64,000 nucleotides of DNA from an uncultured Acidocella sp. (GCA_946222605.1 CAMIIE010000004.1:18141-82140), one strand, 5' to 3'; shown: positions 43,053-53,597, numbered from the stretch's first letter. Notes: generated by a model from the letters alone, not told the origin. Numbers and translations are program-made.

Positions 43053-43661
43053 ATGAGCGATCAGGATTTCGAAGCCGCCCTTATCGATGCCGCTTTCGCC
43101 CTGGGGGCTGAGGCTGGCTGGCGGCATGTCTCGCCCGCCGCCGCGGCGCGCCATGCCGGGCTGGATCTGGTGCGCGCCCGGGCGCTGTTTCCCTGCACCG
43201 GAAAAATCCTGAAAAAATTCGGCCGGCTGGCGGATGCGGCGGCGCTGAGCCATGTGCCGCAGGAGGGCAGCGTGCGCGACCGGCTATTCGATATCCTGCT
43301 GCGCCGCTTCGATTTTCTGCAGACAAGGCGCCCTGGCGTGCTGGCCTTGATGAAGGCGCTGCCGTCCTGCCCGCCGCTGGCGGTGGCGCTGGCGGAGATG
43401 AACATCGCCTCCATGGGCTGGCTGCTGGAAGGGGCGGGGGTGGATGCCACCGGCCTCACTGGTGCGGTGAAAAAGCGCGGGCTGCTGGCGGTGTGGCTTT
43501 ATGGGCTGCGCGCCTGGGCCGAGGATGAAAGCGTGGATCTGACCGCGACGATGGCGGCGGTGGATAGCGCCCTGGCCCGCGCCGAGCGCTTTGCCACGCG
43601 CTTTTCCACCGAACCGGCGCCCAAGGCGGCGCCGGAGCCTGAGCTGCCCGCGCCGCTCTGA
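43053..43661 (+). CDS. TetR-like transcriptional regulator
   Basis: N-terminal HTH-like segment, VRDRLFDILLRRFD, C-terminal TMAAVD; upstream of phasin. Confidence 0.65.
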   Translation: MSDQDFEAALIDAAFALGAEAGWRHVSPAAAARHAGLDLVRARALFPCTGKILKKFGRLADAAALSHVPQEGSVRDRLFDILLRRFDFLQTRRPGVLALMKALPSCPPLAVALAEMNIASMGWLLEGAGVDATGLTGAVKKRGLLAVWLYGLRAWAEDESVDLTATMAAVDSALARAERFATRFSTEPAPKAAPEPELPAPL

Positions 43662-43704
43662 GGAGCCAAGGCGGGGGATAAAACCATAACCAAGGAGACG
43701 AACA

Positions 43705-44151
43705 ATGGTTGAGAAGACGACAAAAGCCGGCACCCCGCCTTTCATGCCCGAGTTCGACGTGAAGAAGCTGATGGGGGATATGAAGATCCCCGCGATGCCG
43801 GATGTGGAGGCGGTGCTGGCCGCGCATAAGCGCAATCTGGACGCGTTGACCGAGGCCAACCGGGTGGCGCTGGAAGGCGCGCAGCTGGTGGCGCGCCGGC
43901 ATATGGAGATCATGCAGGAGACGATGTCCGGCCTGACCGCGACGCTGAAGGAGCTTTCCGCGAACCAGCCGCCGGCGGCGCGCGCGGCCAAGCAGGCCGA
44001 GCTGCTGAAGAAGGCGTATGAGAACGCCGTGGCGAACACCAAGGAGCTGGGGGATTTGATCCAGAAATCCAACGCCGAGGCGATGAGCAAGCTGAATACG
44101 CGGTTTTCCGAGGCGATGACCGAGATGAAGGCGCTTTTGGAGAAAAAATAG
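43705..44151 (+). CDS. Phasin family (PHA granule) protein
   Basis: HKRNLDALTEANRVALEG..., NAEAMSKLNTRFSEAM helical phasin signature. Confidence 0.88.
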   Translation: MVEKTTKAGTPPFMPEFDVKKLMGDMKIPAMPDVEAVLAAHKRNLDALTEANRVALEGAQLVARRHMEIMQETMSGLTATLKELSANQPPAARAAKQAELLKKAYENAVANTKELGDLIQKSNAEAMSKLNTRFSEAMTEMKALLEKK

Positions 44152-44198
44152 CGTCCCGATGACGGAGCGGCGCAGCCGCGCAGTCTGAATCGGGCCGC
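44151..44198. repeat. Bulged hairpin module, also present inside element copy 10
   Basis: GCGTCCCGATGACGGAGCGGCGCAGCCGCGCAGTCTGAATCGGGCCGC vs near-identical 57563-57610. Confidence 0.85.
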
Positions 44199-44208
44199 TC
44201 AAATAAAC

Positions 44209-44391
44209 CAAAAGTTTTTGGGCGTAGGCGGCCAAGGTTCCGCCGTTGCGCAGCAGCGGTGGAAAGCCGCCGGAGGGGCCGCTTTTTTTCAAAAAAGCGG
44301 CGAAAACGCCGGGCGGTGTGCAACGCCGTCGTCACCACCCCAAACTTTTTGCGGCCCTTTTTGAAAAAAGGGCCGCCCCCAAAAACTTTTG
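44209..44391. repeat. Family A element, copy 7
   Basis: CAAAAGTTTTTGG...CCAAAAACTTTTG; approximately the reverse complement of copy 8. Confidence 0.9.
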
Positions 44392-44443
44392 CGAAATCAG
44401 GCACGGGCTTTTCCAAGGCTGAGCCAAGGGCCATATTGCGGGC

Positions 44444-46600
44444 ATGTCCCTGACCTTCATTCCGCAAAAACAGGCGCCCCGGCCGTTGCAGAAGCCGCTG
44501 CGCGTGGTCTCAGACTACCAGCCCGCCGGCGATCAGCCGAGCGCCATCGCGCAGTTGGTCGAAGGGTTGCGGGCGCAGGAGCGCGACCAGGTGCTGCTGG
44601 GGGTGACCGGCTCCGGCAAGACCTTCACCATGGCCAAGGTGATCGAGGCGGCGCAGCGCCCGGCTCTGGTGCTGGCCCCGAACAAGACGCTGGCCGCCCA
44701 GCTTTATGCCGAGATGAAGAGCTTCTTCCCCGATAACGCGGTGGAATATTTCGTCTCTTACTACGACTACTACCAGCCCGAAGCCTATGTGCCGCGCTCG
44801 GACACCTACATTGAGAAAGACAGCGCGATCAACGAGACGATCGACCGCATGCGCCACGCCGCCACCCAGGCGCTGCTGGAGCGGGGCGATGTCATCATCG
44901 TCGCGTCCGTCTCCTGCATTTACGGTATCGGCTCGGTCGAAACCTACTCGAAGATGGTGGTGCGTCTGGAGACCGGCGGGCGGATCGACCGGGATACGCT
45001 GGTGAAGGCGCTGGTGGATCTGCAATATCGCCGCAACGACATGGCCTTTGCGCGTGGCTCCTTTCGCGTGCGCGGCGAGACGGTTGATATTTTCCCCTCC
45101 CAGTATGAGGACCGCGCCTGGCGGGTGACGTTGTTCGGCGATGAGATCGAGAAAATTTCAGAATTCGATCCGCTGACCGGCGAGCAGAGCGCGGCGCTGG
45201 AAAATATTTCGGTCTATGCGAATTCCCATTACGTCACACCGCGCCCGACGCTGACCCAGGCGATTTCCAAGATCAAGATCGAGCTGAAAGAGCAGTTGGC
45301 GAAATTCACCGCGGAGGGCAAGCTTTTGGAGGCGGAGCGGCTGCAGCAGCGCACCACCTTCGATATCGAGATGATGGAAACCACCGGGGCGTGCAAGGGC
45401 ATCGAGAATTATTCCCGCTATCTCTCCGGGCGCAACGCCGGCGAGCCGCCGCCGACCTTGTTTGAATATCTGCCTGATAATGCCTTGCTGTTTGTCGATG
45501 AGAGCCATGTCACGGTGCCGCAGATCGGCGGCATGTACAAAGGCGATTACGCGCGCAAATTCACCCTCTCCGAATATGGCTTCCGGCTGCCGAGCTGCAT
45601 CGATAACCGGCCGTTGAAATTCGAGGAGTGGGAGCGTTTCCGCCCGCAATCCTTGTTCATCTCCGCCACACCCGGACCGTGGGAGATGGAGCGCACCCAG
45701 GGCGTGTTCGCCGAGCAGGTGATCCGCCCGACCGGGCTGGTCGATCCGGTCACCGAAATCCGCCCGGTGGAGCATCAGGTTGACGATCTGCTCGGCGAAA
45801 TCAGGCTTGTCACCAAGCAGGGCGGGCGGGTGCTGGTGACGACGCTGACCAAGCGCATGGCCGAGGACCTTACCGAATATCTCACCGAGCAAGGTGTGCG
45901 GGTGCGCTATCTGCATTCGGATGTGGATACGCTGGAGCGCATCGAGATCATCCGCGATCTGCGGCTTGGCGCCTATGATGTTCTCATCGGCATCAATCTG
46001 CTGCGCGAGGGTCTGGATATTCCGGAATGTATGCTGGTGGCGATTCTGGATGCGGATAAGGAAGGCTTCCTGCGCTCCGTCACCTCGCTGGTGCAGACCA
46101 TCGGCCGGGCGGCGCGCAATGTCGATGGCCGGGTCATTCTCTATGCTGACACCATGACCAATTCGCTGAAACAGGCGATCGACGAGACCGAGCGGCGGCG
46201 GGCCAAGCAGATGGCCTGGAATGAGGCGCATGGCATCACCCCGCAATCGGTGCGCAAAAATATCGGCGAGGTGATCCATTCGGTGTTCGAGCAGGATTAC
46301 GTCACCGTGGCACCGGTCAAGGATGTGAAGGCGGACGAGTTTGTCGGCAAGGATCTGGCCAGCTCGATCGCCGCGCTGGAAACCCGGATGCGCGCCGCCG
46401 CGGCGGATCTGGAGTTCGAGGAGGCGGCGCGGCTGCGCGATGAGGTGAAGCGGCTGGAGGCGCTGATGCTGGGGCTGGAGCCGCCGCCACTGGCCAGCCG
46501 CGCGCCGGCCAAGCCGAAAGGTCCGGTGCCGCTGGGGCCGGGCGGGGGCGGGTATGATCCGGCGATGCGCAAGGGCAAAGGCAGGGGGCGGGCGCGTTGA
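44444..46600 (+). CDS. uvrB: Excinuclease ABC subunit B
   Basis: [33 protein letters not shown]-terminal UVR motif. Confidence 0.98.
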   Translation: MSLTFIPQKQAPRPLQKPLRVVSDYQPAGDQPSAIAQLVEGLRAQERDQVLLGVTGSGKTFTMAKVIEAAQRPALVLAPNKTLAAQLYAEMKSFFPDNAVEYFVSYYDYYQPEAYVPRSDTYIEKDSAINETIDRMRHAATQALLERGDVIIVASVSCIYGIGSVETYSKMVVRLETGGRIDRDTLVKALVDLQYRRNDMAFARGSFRVRGETVDIFPSQYEDRAWRVTLFGDEIEKISEFDPLTGEQSAALENISVYANSHYVTPRPTLTQAISKIKIELKEQLAKFTAEGKLLEAERLQQRTTFDIEMMETTGACKGIENYSRYLSGRNAGEPPPTLFEYLPDNALLFVDESHVTVPQIGGMYKGDYARKFTLSEYGFRLPSCIDNRPLKFEEWERFRPQSLFISATPGPWEMERTQGVFAEQVIRPTGLVDPVTEIRPVEHQVDDLLGEIRLVTKQGGRVLVTTLTKRMAEDLTEYLTEQGVRVRYLHSDVDTLERIEIIRDLRLGAYDVLIGINLLREGLDIPECMLVAILDADKEGFLRSVTSLVQTIGRAARNVDGRVILYADTMTNSLKQAIDETERRRAKQMAWNEAHGITPQSVRKNIGEVIHSVFEQDYVTVAPVKDVKADEFVGKDLASSIAALETRMRAAAADLEFEEAARLRDEVKRLEALMLGLEPPPLASRAPAKPKGPVPLGPGGGGYDPAMRKGKGRGRAR

Positions 46601-46718
46601 GCGCACACTCCGCCAATCATAGCCAAAGCAAAATAATTTAATCCGCAAACCCTGCCGATCCGCTATAGTCGCCCCGCAGAAACAAATTCGCTTCGGCTTC
46701 AAAGATAGGGTGGCGGGG

Positions 46719-47207
46719 ATGAAAAAAATTCTTCTGGGGGTGGGGGTAGCACTTTGGCTGGGGGGCGCTGCGCTGGCGGATACGCCGGCGCCGGAAGATC
46801 CCGCGCTCAGTAAGCTGCAACAAATGGTCGAAAATCTCGGCTATGCGACCAAATTATCCAGCGACAACCAGACCTTCTCCACGCAGTGGCAGGCCGTCTA
46901 TGATTACACCATGATTTTTAACATTTCGAAGGGCGGGACGCTGGGGTATGTCTATGTGAAAATGGGCAGCTTCAACCCGGACCAGCTGGCCAAACTGGAT
47001 TATGCCAAGCTGCTCGAAGCCGACGATGTCGGTGATTTTTATTTTTCGATGGAACGGCAAGCGGACGGCAAAAGCGAAAAGCTTTATGCAAATGTCGTGT
47101 TGGGGCTGGGTGGTTTGTCGCCGGCGGATTTGCGCAGCCTGCTGCAGGCCATGGCCAACCGGCTCGATAAAACCAGTGCGGTATGGGACCCAAGCACTTG
47201 GAAATAA
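46719..47207 (+). CDS. Hypothetical secreted protein
   Basis: Signal peptide MKKILLGVGVALWLGGAALA; no family recognised with confidence. Confidence 0.65.
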   Translation: MKKILLGVGVALWLGGAALADTPAPEDPALSKLQQMVENLGYATKLSSDNQTFSTQWQAVYDYTMIFNISKGGTLGYVYVKMGSFNPDQLAKLDYAKLLEADDVGDFYFSMERQADGKSEKLYANVVLGLGGLSPADLRSLLQAMANRLDKTSAVWDPSTWK

Positions 47208-47248
47208 ACAAGGTTTGACGACGCCTCACACCGAGGCATACTGTGCCC

Positions 47249-48061
47249 ATGAAGCTCTCCGCCCTCGCTCTGTTGGCCGCCCTGGCGCCGTTGCCGGCGC
47301 TTGCCGCCCCTGATCTCGCCAGCCAGCTCACCGGCCAGCATGCCGTCTATAAGCTGACCCTCTCCAAGCTGCGCACCCATGACATCACCGGCGCCACCGG
47401 GCAGATGAATTTCAACGTGGTGGATGGCTGCACCGGCTGGGCGACGACGCAGCATATGACGCTGATCATCCGCAATGTTGATGGCTCGCTGACCAAATCG
47501 GTCAGCGACTACATCACCTGGGAGAGCAAGGACGGCAAAACCCTCAGCTTCACCCTGCGCGAGAGCGATAATGACGGCAAGGAGAAGATCGACAGCGCCG
47601 GCACCGCCACCCATACCGGGCCGGATGAGAGCGGCGTGATCGATTATACCGCGCCGACCAAGAAACAGGTGAAGCTGCCGCCGGGCACCTTGTTCCCGAT
47701 GCAGCATACCGAGGCGCTGCTGGCGGCCGGGCGGGCGGGCAAGCAATTCATCTCGCCCTTGCTGTTCGATGGCACCTCGCCAGACGGCGCCCAGGCGACC
47801 TTCATCACCGTGCTCGGCCACCATGAGGCGGAGAAGGCGCCCTGGCCGGATCTGGATAAATTCGCCAGCACCGATGTCGATATCGGCTTTTTCGAGCGCA
47901 AGAACCAGGATGAGACGCCGGATTTCCGCACCTCGATGCGCTATTACGAGAACGGTGTGGCATCCGGGCTGGTGCTGGATTTCGGGGATTTCGTGATGAG
48001 CGGTAAGCTGACCAGCCTCAGCGTCCCGCCTTCGGCTTGCCCGCCCGCGAAGTCGCCCTGA
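47249..48061 (+). CDS. DUF1849 / EipB-like cell-envelope integrity protein
   Basis: HAVYKLTL, DGCTGW, WESKDG, FPMQH, FDG, YENGV..LVLDFGDF, C-terminal Cys. Confidence 0.82.
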   Translation: MKLSALALLAALAPLPALAAPDLASQLTGQHAVYKLTLSKLRTHDITGATGQMNFNVVDGCTGWATTQHMTLIIRNVDGSLTKSVSDYITWESKDGKTLSFTLRESDNDGKEKIDSAGTATHTGPDESGVIDYTAPTKKQVKLPPGTLFPMQHTEALLAAGRAGKQFISPLLFDGTSPDGAQATFITVLGHHEAEKAPWPDLDKFASTDVDIGFFERKNQDETPDFRTSMRYYENGVASGLVLDFGDFVMSGKLTSLSVPPSACPPAKSP

Positions 48062-48929
48062 GATTGGCGTTGCGCTTTTCCTGCCGTTCGCCATCGCCCA
48101 GACGCTCCTCGATCTCCGGCTTGATGGCGCCGTGATTGAGCACCGAGACCATTACGATCCCGCCGGCGATATTGCCCAGAACGGTGGGGGCGAAAAATTC
48201 CGCGACATAGTCATAGAGCGTGGCGCTGCCCGCCAGCACGCCATAAGCGGCCTCGGCTGAGCCGGCGATGATGTGGGAGAGCTGGGCGAGGGCCACCACA
48301 TAGGTGATCAGCAGGACGATCAGCGGGCGTGAGGTGGAGGCGCTGGGCAAAATCCAGACCATCAGCGCGATCAGCCAGCCGGCGAAGAAGGCGCGCACGA
48401 AGGTGGCGGCGAAGCCCGAATGGATCGCCGCCCGCGCCATCTCCTGCAAGGCCGGGGTGACGGCGGGGGGGAACAGCCCCGGCGCGTGGACCAGCACGGC
48501 GAAAATCCAGGTGCCGGCGATATTGGCGGTGAGCACCACCCCCCAGAGCTTGAGCACCCCCAGCAGCGTCGCGCGGTCGCGCCGGGTGATCAGCGGCAGG
48601 ATGGCGGTGAGGGTGCTTTCGGTGAAAAGCTGTTGACGGGCGAGGACCACGATGATGAAGCCCACCGCATAGCCGAAGCTGGCCAGCGTATGCCGCCAGG
48701 GTGTGTCCGGCAGGCCGGCGGTGAGCAGCGCCTGGGTGAGGAAGGAAAACCCCATCGAGAGCCCGGCCGCCAGGCCCGAGAGCGCCAGCGCGCCGGGCTT
48801 GCGGGCCAACTCTTCCTCGCCCTCATGGCGAATGATTTCATGGATCAGGAAGGCATCCGGCACGGAATGGCGTTCGGCCAGACGCAGCTCGCCTTCGTCG
48901 AGATGCTGTAATTGATTGTCTTCGGCCAC
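48018..48929 (-). CDS. Formate/nitrite transporter family (YfdC-like)
   Basis: IRHEGEEEL, QLFTEST, AGWLIALMVW, HIIAGS, LGNIAGG; GTG start with GGAGG RBS. Confidence 0.88.
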   Translation of the reverse strand: MAEDNQLQHLDEGELRLAERHSVPDAFLIHEIIRHEGEEELARKPGALALSGLAAGLSMGFSFLTQALLTAGLPDTPWRHTLASFGYAVGFIIVVLARQQLFTESTLTAILPLITRRDRATLLGVLKLWGVVLTANIAGTWIFAVLVHAPGLFPPAVTPALQEMARAAIHSGFAATFVRAFFAGWLIALMVWILPSASTSRPLIVLLITYVVALAQLSHIIAGSAEAAYGVLAGSATLYDYVAEFFAPTVLGNIAGGIVMVSVLNHGAIKPEIEERLGDGERQEKRNANLRATSRAGKPKAGR

Positions 48930-48950
48930 AGACCCTCCGGCGATGCGTGT

Positions 48951-49055
48951 TGGCGCATCAAGCTTTTTAGCTTGATGCGCCAAGTTTTGTTTTATCGCGC
49001 AATTTCATGTGTTTATCTTGACGCTGGTGCGTCACCCTAAACACATATCGCTCTT
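48951..49055 (-). repeat. Family B two-hairpin palindromic element, copy 1
   Basis: Its reverse complement aligns along its length with 57448-57553. Confidence 0.88.
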
Positions 49056-49172
49056 GAGCCGGACGACATGAGATGGAATCGCCGCGCGATTGCATCTTAT
49101 GTCGTCGAACTCTTGCCGCATCACTTAAGCGCGGACAGAGCCGGATACATCGGGGTGTGGGTGAAGCTTTTT

Positions 49173-49643
49173 TCAGGTCGGGCCGTGGCTGAAGTCTTTT
49201 CCGAATTGCAGCTTCAGCTTGGCGCGGGCATGTTCATTGCCGCCATCGACCAGATGCGCCAGCAGCGAGAGGAATAATTCCTGCTCCGCCTCGTCCAAAG
49301 GGGCCAGAATGCGCTCATTGGCGCGCGCCATCGGGGCCTGCATGCGGGTGAGGGCGGCCTTGCCCTTGGCGGTGAGGTGCAGCAGCTTTTGGCGCTGGTC
49401 GCGCCGGCTGATCGCCCGGCGGATCAACCCGCCGCTTTCCAGCCGTGCGGCAACGCTGGCCAAAGTGGCGCGATCGACACCGATTTCCTCGGCGATGGCG
49501 GACTGGTCCCGCCCGGCCTGTTTGGAAATCGCGCGCAGCACGCTGAGCTGCACCGGGGTGATCTCCAGCCCCATCGTCTCATCGGCGAACAGGGCGACGT
49601 AGATCTGGTGCAGACGTCGGATCATGAAGCCTGGATTATGCAT
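49173..49643 (-). CDS. MarR family transcriptional regulator
   Basis: PGFMIRRLHQI, ITPVQ, DRATL..RLE..GLI, DQRQKLL. Confidence 0.9.
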   Translation of the reverse strand: MHNPGFMIRRLHQIYVALFADETMGLEITPVQLSVLRAISKQAGRDQSAIAEEIGVDRATLASVAARLESGGLIRRAISRRDQRQKLLHLTAKGKAALTRMQAPMARANERILAPLDEAEQELFLSLLAHLVDGGNEHARAKLKLQFGKDFSHGPT

Positions 49644-49819
49644 CGTCTCGCAAGTGAATGGGCTTTTGCCACCAATGCCGATATCCATGACTGAGTATCC
49701 TGTTTGTAGAAAAATTGATACAATTTTCTTATCGGGTTAGGTCAGTTAGCATCATCCACTTAAAAAAAACAACTCTTACGTTGCATCACAAATCATTGAA
49801 CAACTCTGTGGTGCGGCAT

Positions 49820-50785
49820 TTAGGCGGCGGTTGAGGCGGCTCCCAGCAAACCCGGGCAGGCATGCACGATCAGCTTCACCGGAAGCCGTGCCATTAGAGG
49901 TTGAAACCGACCCTTATCCAAGAAACGATGCACGAAGCCTGTTCTTGGCAATATATGTAACAGTCTCGGAATGATTCCGCCAGCGATTACAACCGCGCTG
50001 GCGCCATGGGCCAGGGCGTAGTCCCCCGCGACCGCGCCCAGCGCCGCGCCGAAGCGTGAAATCGCTTCCATGGCGATTTCATCTTGCCCGTCAATGCCGC
50101 TTTGCCAAAGGGCGGCGTCCGGGCCTGGATAAGCGGGCAGGTTGCGGGCGGCGGCCAGGGTTTCATGGATGGCGCGCAGCCCTGGACCGGAGACGACGCG
50201 TTCGGCGGAGACCCGCCCGTGCCGGGCGCGCAGCCTGGCCAGCAGCTCGTCCTCGAACTCGTCCAAGGGGGCAAAGCTGATATGGCCGCCTTCGCATTCC
50301 AGCACATGGGCATGGGTGGCGGTGCGCAACACCTGGGCGACGCCCAGCCCGGTGCCGGGGCCGACGATGGTGATCGTCCCCTGGGCCGGCAGCGGGCCGG
50401 GCGGGCCGGCGAGATGCACGTAATCCGTCTCTTGCAATTGTGACAGGCTATGGCCGACCGCCCCGAAATCATTGATGAAATCCAGCCGCTCCAGCCCGAG
50501 CTGGGCTTTCAGCGCCGCCGGGCGGATGCTCCAATGGGTGTTGGTGAGTTTCAGCACCTCGCCCTGCACCGGGCAGGCAATGGCGATGGCGGCCTCGCGC
50601 GGCAGGGGCCTGCCGGTTTCGCGGGCGAAAATCCCCCAGGCCTCGGCGAAGCCGCCGACATCGCGGGTCTGGATCTGCACGGTTTCACCCAACGCAACCA
50701 CCCGGCCCTGTTCGATCCGCGCCAGACAGAAGCGCGCATTGGTGCCGCCGATATCCCCGGCGACGATTTCTTTATTCGCGGTCAT
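49820..50785 (-). CDS. glk: Glucokinase
   Basis: DIGGTNARF, LTN, INDF, GPGTGLG, EGGH, ERVVSGPGL, KGRF. Confidence 0.95.
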   Translation of the reverse strand: MTANKEIVAGDIGGTNARFCLARIEQGRVVALGETVQIQTRDVGGFAEAWGIFARETGRPLPREAAIAIACPVQGEVLKLTNTHWSIRPAALKAQLGLERLDFINDFGAVGHSLSQLQETDYVHLAGPPGPLPAQGTITIVGPGTGLGVAQVLRTATHAHVLECEGGHISFAPLDEFEDELLARLRARHGRVSAERVVSGPGLRAIHETLAAARNLPAYPGPDAALWQSGIDGQDEIAMEAISRFGAALGAVAGDYALAHGASAVVIAGGIIPRLLHILPRTGFVHRFLDKGRFQPLMARLPVKLIVHACPGLLGAASTAA

Positions 50786-50846
50786 GTATTGAATGTGTTG
50801 TGGCGGCGCCAAAATGCAAAGGCGAAGCCAAAGCCGCGCAGCGGAT

Positions 50847-51031
50847 CAAAAGTTTTTGGGGGGCGGCCCTTTTTTCAAAAAGGGCCGCAAAACGTTTGGG
50901 GCTTTGGCAACGGCGGTGCATACGCCCCGGCGTTTTCGCCGCTTTTTTGTAAAAAAGCGGCGCCTCCGGCGGCTTTCCACCGCTGCTAAAGCAGCGGCGG
51001 AACCTTTGCCGCCTCCGCCAAAAAACTTTTA
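50847..51031. repeat. Family A element, copy 8
   Basis: CAAAAGTTTTTGG...CCAAAAAACTTTTA; approximately the reverse complement of copy 7. Confidence 0.9.
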
Positions 51032-51742
51032 TTTTATGCGGGCTTCGATCATCAGGCGCTTCATTTCGGCGATCGCCGCGGGCAGGCCGATCAGCAGCGC
51101 TTCGCCGATCAGGAAATGGCCGATATTCAGCTCGGTCACTTCCGGCAGGGCGGCGACGGGTGAGACATTGGCGAAGGTCAGCCCGTGGCCGGCATGGCAT
51201 TCCAGCCCGGCCTTGGTGGTCAGGCTCGCCGCCTCGCGCAGCCGGTCCAGCTCGCCCAATTTGCCATTGGCGTAGGCGCCGGTATGCAGCTCCACCACCT
51301 GCGCGCCAACCTCGGCGGCGGCGTGGATCTGCGCCTCATCCGGGTCCACGAACAGAGAGACGCGGATGCCCGCATCCTTCAGCCGGGCGATGGCGGGGCG
51401 CAGCGCCTCGCGCTGATTGAACACGTCCAGCCCGCCCTCGGTGGTGATCTCGGCCCGGCGCTCGGGCACGATGCAGCAGCCATGCGGCTTCAGCCGGGTG
51501 GCGATGGCGACCATCTCGTTCGTCGCCGCCATCTCGAAATTCACCGGCTTGCCGGCCCAGGCGCAGATCGCCTCGGCATCGGCGTCGCGGATATGGCGCC
51601 GATCCTCGCGCAGATGGATGGTGATGCCATCCATGCCCGAGCCGACCAGCGCCTTGGCCACCGTCAGCGGATCGGGATGGTTGCCGCCACGCGCATTTCT
51701 GAGCGTGGCGACATGATCGATATTGACGCCGAGGCGGATCAT
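51029..51742 (-). CDS. pdxJ: Pyridoxine 5'-phosphate synthase
   Basis: LGVNIDHVATLRNAR, HLREDRRHI, TTEGGLD, HAGHGL, ELNIGH. Confidence 0.98.
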   Translation of the reverse strand: MIRLGVNIDHVATLRNARGGNHPDPLTVAKALVGSGMDGITIHLREDRRHIRDADAEAICAWAGKPVNFEMAATNEMVAIATRLKPHGCCIVPERRAEITTEGGLDVFNQREALRPAIARLKDAGIRVSLFVDPDEAQIHAAAEVGAQVVELHTGAYANGKLGELDRLREAASLTTKAGLECHAGHGLTFANVSPVAALPEVTELNIGHFLIGEALLIGLPAAIAEMKRLMIEARIK

Positions 51743-51749
51743 GGCGCGA

Positions 51750-53141
51750 TCAGATATGGATCGGCCGGCCGTCCACGGCCAGGGCGGCTTCCTTCACCAC
51801 TTCGGCCAGGGTCGGGTGGGTGTGGCAGGTGCGGGCCACGTCCTCGGCGGAGGCGCCGAATTCGATGCCCATGGTGCATTCGGCGATCAGCCCGCCCGCA
51901 TCCGGCCCGATGATATGGGCGCCGAGCAGCTGGTCGGTGGTCTTGTCGGCCAGCAGCTTCACGAAGCCTTCCGTGGCGCCCATGGCGCGGGCGCGGCCAT
52001 TGGCCATGAAGGGGAATTTGCCGACCTTATAGGCCACACCGGCGGCCTTCAGCTCTTCCTCGGTCTGCCCAACGGAGGCGACTTCCGGCCAGGTGTAAAC
52101 GACGCTGGGGATGGCGCCGTAATTCACATGGCCATGCTGGCCGGCCAGGATCTCGGCCAAAGCGACGCCCTCTTCCTCGGCCTTGTGGGCCAGCATCGCG
52201 CCGGCCACCACGTCGCCGATGGCGTACACGCCCGGCACGTTGGTTTCGAAATGCTTGCCGATCTTCACCCGGCCGCGCTCGTCGGTCTCAACCCCGGCGG
52301 CCTCCAGATTCAGCCCGGCGGTGTAGGCGTAGCGGCCGATGGCCAGCAGCACCACATCGGCGGTGATGGTCTTGGCCTCGCCGCCCTTGGCCGGCTCGAC
52401 GGTGAGGGTGACCTTCTCGCCCTCGACCTTGGCGGAGGTAACCTTCTGGCCCAGCTCGAACTTGAAGCCCTGCTTGGTCAGGATCTGCTGGAAGCTCTTG
52501 GAGATCTCGCCATCCATGGTCGGGGTGATCTTCTCCAGGAACTCGATGACGGTGACTTCCGCGCCCAGGCGGCGCCAGACCGAGCCCATCTCCAGCCCGA
52601 TCACGCCGCCGCCGATGACCACCAGATGGCCCGGCACCTTGTCCAGCTCCAGCGCGCCGGTGGAGGTGACGATGCGCTTCTCATCGACCTCGACCCCCTT
52701 CAGCGGGGTGGAATCGGAGCCGGTGGCGATGACGATATGCTTGGCGGTGTAGCCCTTGCCCTCGACCTCGATCTCGGTCTTGCCGGTGAATTTGGCGGCA
52801 CCCTTGATCCAGGTGATCTTGTTCTTCTTGAACAGGAACTCGATACCCTTGGTGTTCTGGTTCACCACCTCGCCCTTGCGGGCCTGCATCTTGGCCAGAT
52901 CCAGCTTCACGCCCTCGATCTGGATGCCGTGATCGGCGAAGCCATGCGCCGCCTCGTGGAAATTCTCGGAGGATTGCAGCAGCGCCTTGGACGGGATGCA
53001 GCCGATATTCAGGCAGGTGCCGCCCAGCGTGGCGCGCTTCTCGACGCAGGCCACCTTGAAGCCGAGCTGTGCCGCGCGAATGGCGCAGACATAGCCGCCC
53101 GGCCCGGACCCGATCACGATAACGTCGAAAGCTTCGGCCAT
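51750..53141 (-). CDS. lpdA: Dihydrolipoyl dehydrogenase
   Basis: GSGPGGY, GGTCLNIGCIPSK, GGGVIGLE, HTHPTLAE. Confidence 0.96.
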   Translation of the reverse strand: MAEAFDVIVIGSGPGGYVCAIRAAQLGFKVACVEKRATLGGTCLNIGCIPSKALLQSSENFHEAAHGFADHGIQIEGVKLDLAKMQARKGEVVNQNTKGIEFLFKKNKITWIKGAAKFTGKTEIEVEGKGYTAKHIVIATGSDSTPLKGVEVDEKRIVTSTGALELDKVPGHLVVIGGGVIGLEMGSVWRRLGAEVTVIEFLEKITPTMDGEISKSFQQILTKQGFKFELGQKVTSAKVEGEKVTLTVEPAKGGEAKTITADVVLLAIGRYAYTAGLNLEAAGVETDERGRVKIGKHFETNVPGVYAIGDVVAGAMLAHKAEEEGVALAEILAGQHGHVNYGAIPSVVYTWPEVASVGQTEEELKAAGVAYKVGKFPFMANGRARAMGATEGFVKLLADKTTDQLLGAHIIGPDAGGLIAECTMGIEFGASAEDVARTCHTHPTLAEVVKEAALAVDGRPIHI

Positions 53142-53348
53142 TTTTCCCTCTCCAAGCGCTGATAAATACCTTGCGCCCCGGCTCTTAGACCCAACCGGCG
53201 CGCCGGACAATTCGCCAGCCGAGGGGCAGCCCAGCTTTTTCCGGGGCTTGAGCCGGCTTTCGGGGTTTTCATGAACGTCTCATGCGGCCCCGGCGCGGCG
53301 CATCCCTATGTCCTTTCCAGGTTTCGGCTTCGTTATCGGAGGATTGTC

Positions 53349-53513
53349 ATGGGTTTGATACTGATCATCATTCTGCTGGTGCTGCTGTTTGGCGGCGGTG
53401 GCGGCTATTACGCGCATCGCTCTTATGGCGGCCGCGGGTCGGGCGGGGTGCTGGGGCTGATCATCATCGTGCTGCTGATCATCTGGCTCGCCGGCGGCTT
53501 CCACACGGCGTAA
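53349..53513 (+). CDS. Small Gly-rich two-TM protein (DUF3309-like), 54 aa
   Basis: GGAGGA RBS; MGLILIIILLVLLFGG...YGG..GGVLGLIIIVLLIIWL. Confidence 0.75.
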   Translation: MGLILIIILLVLLFGGGGGYYAHRSYGGRGSGGVLGLIIIVLLIIWLAGGFHTA

Positions 53514-53597
53514 AGCTTTTGGGGGTTAAGGGGGGGCAAAAATCCCCCTTCGGCCAAAAGCCCGGAACGCCCCCTGGCGGGGTGTCCGGGCTTTGTC
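53511..53597. repeat. Family A element, copy 9 (one end only)
   Basis: TAAAGCTTTTGGGG left end; the CAAAAGCCCGGAACGCCCCC..GGGGTGTCCGGGCTTTGTC module matches copies 2 and 4. Confidence 0.72.
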
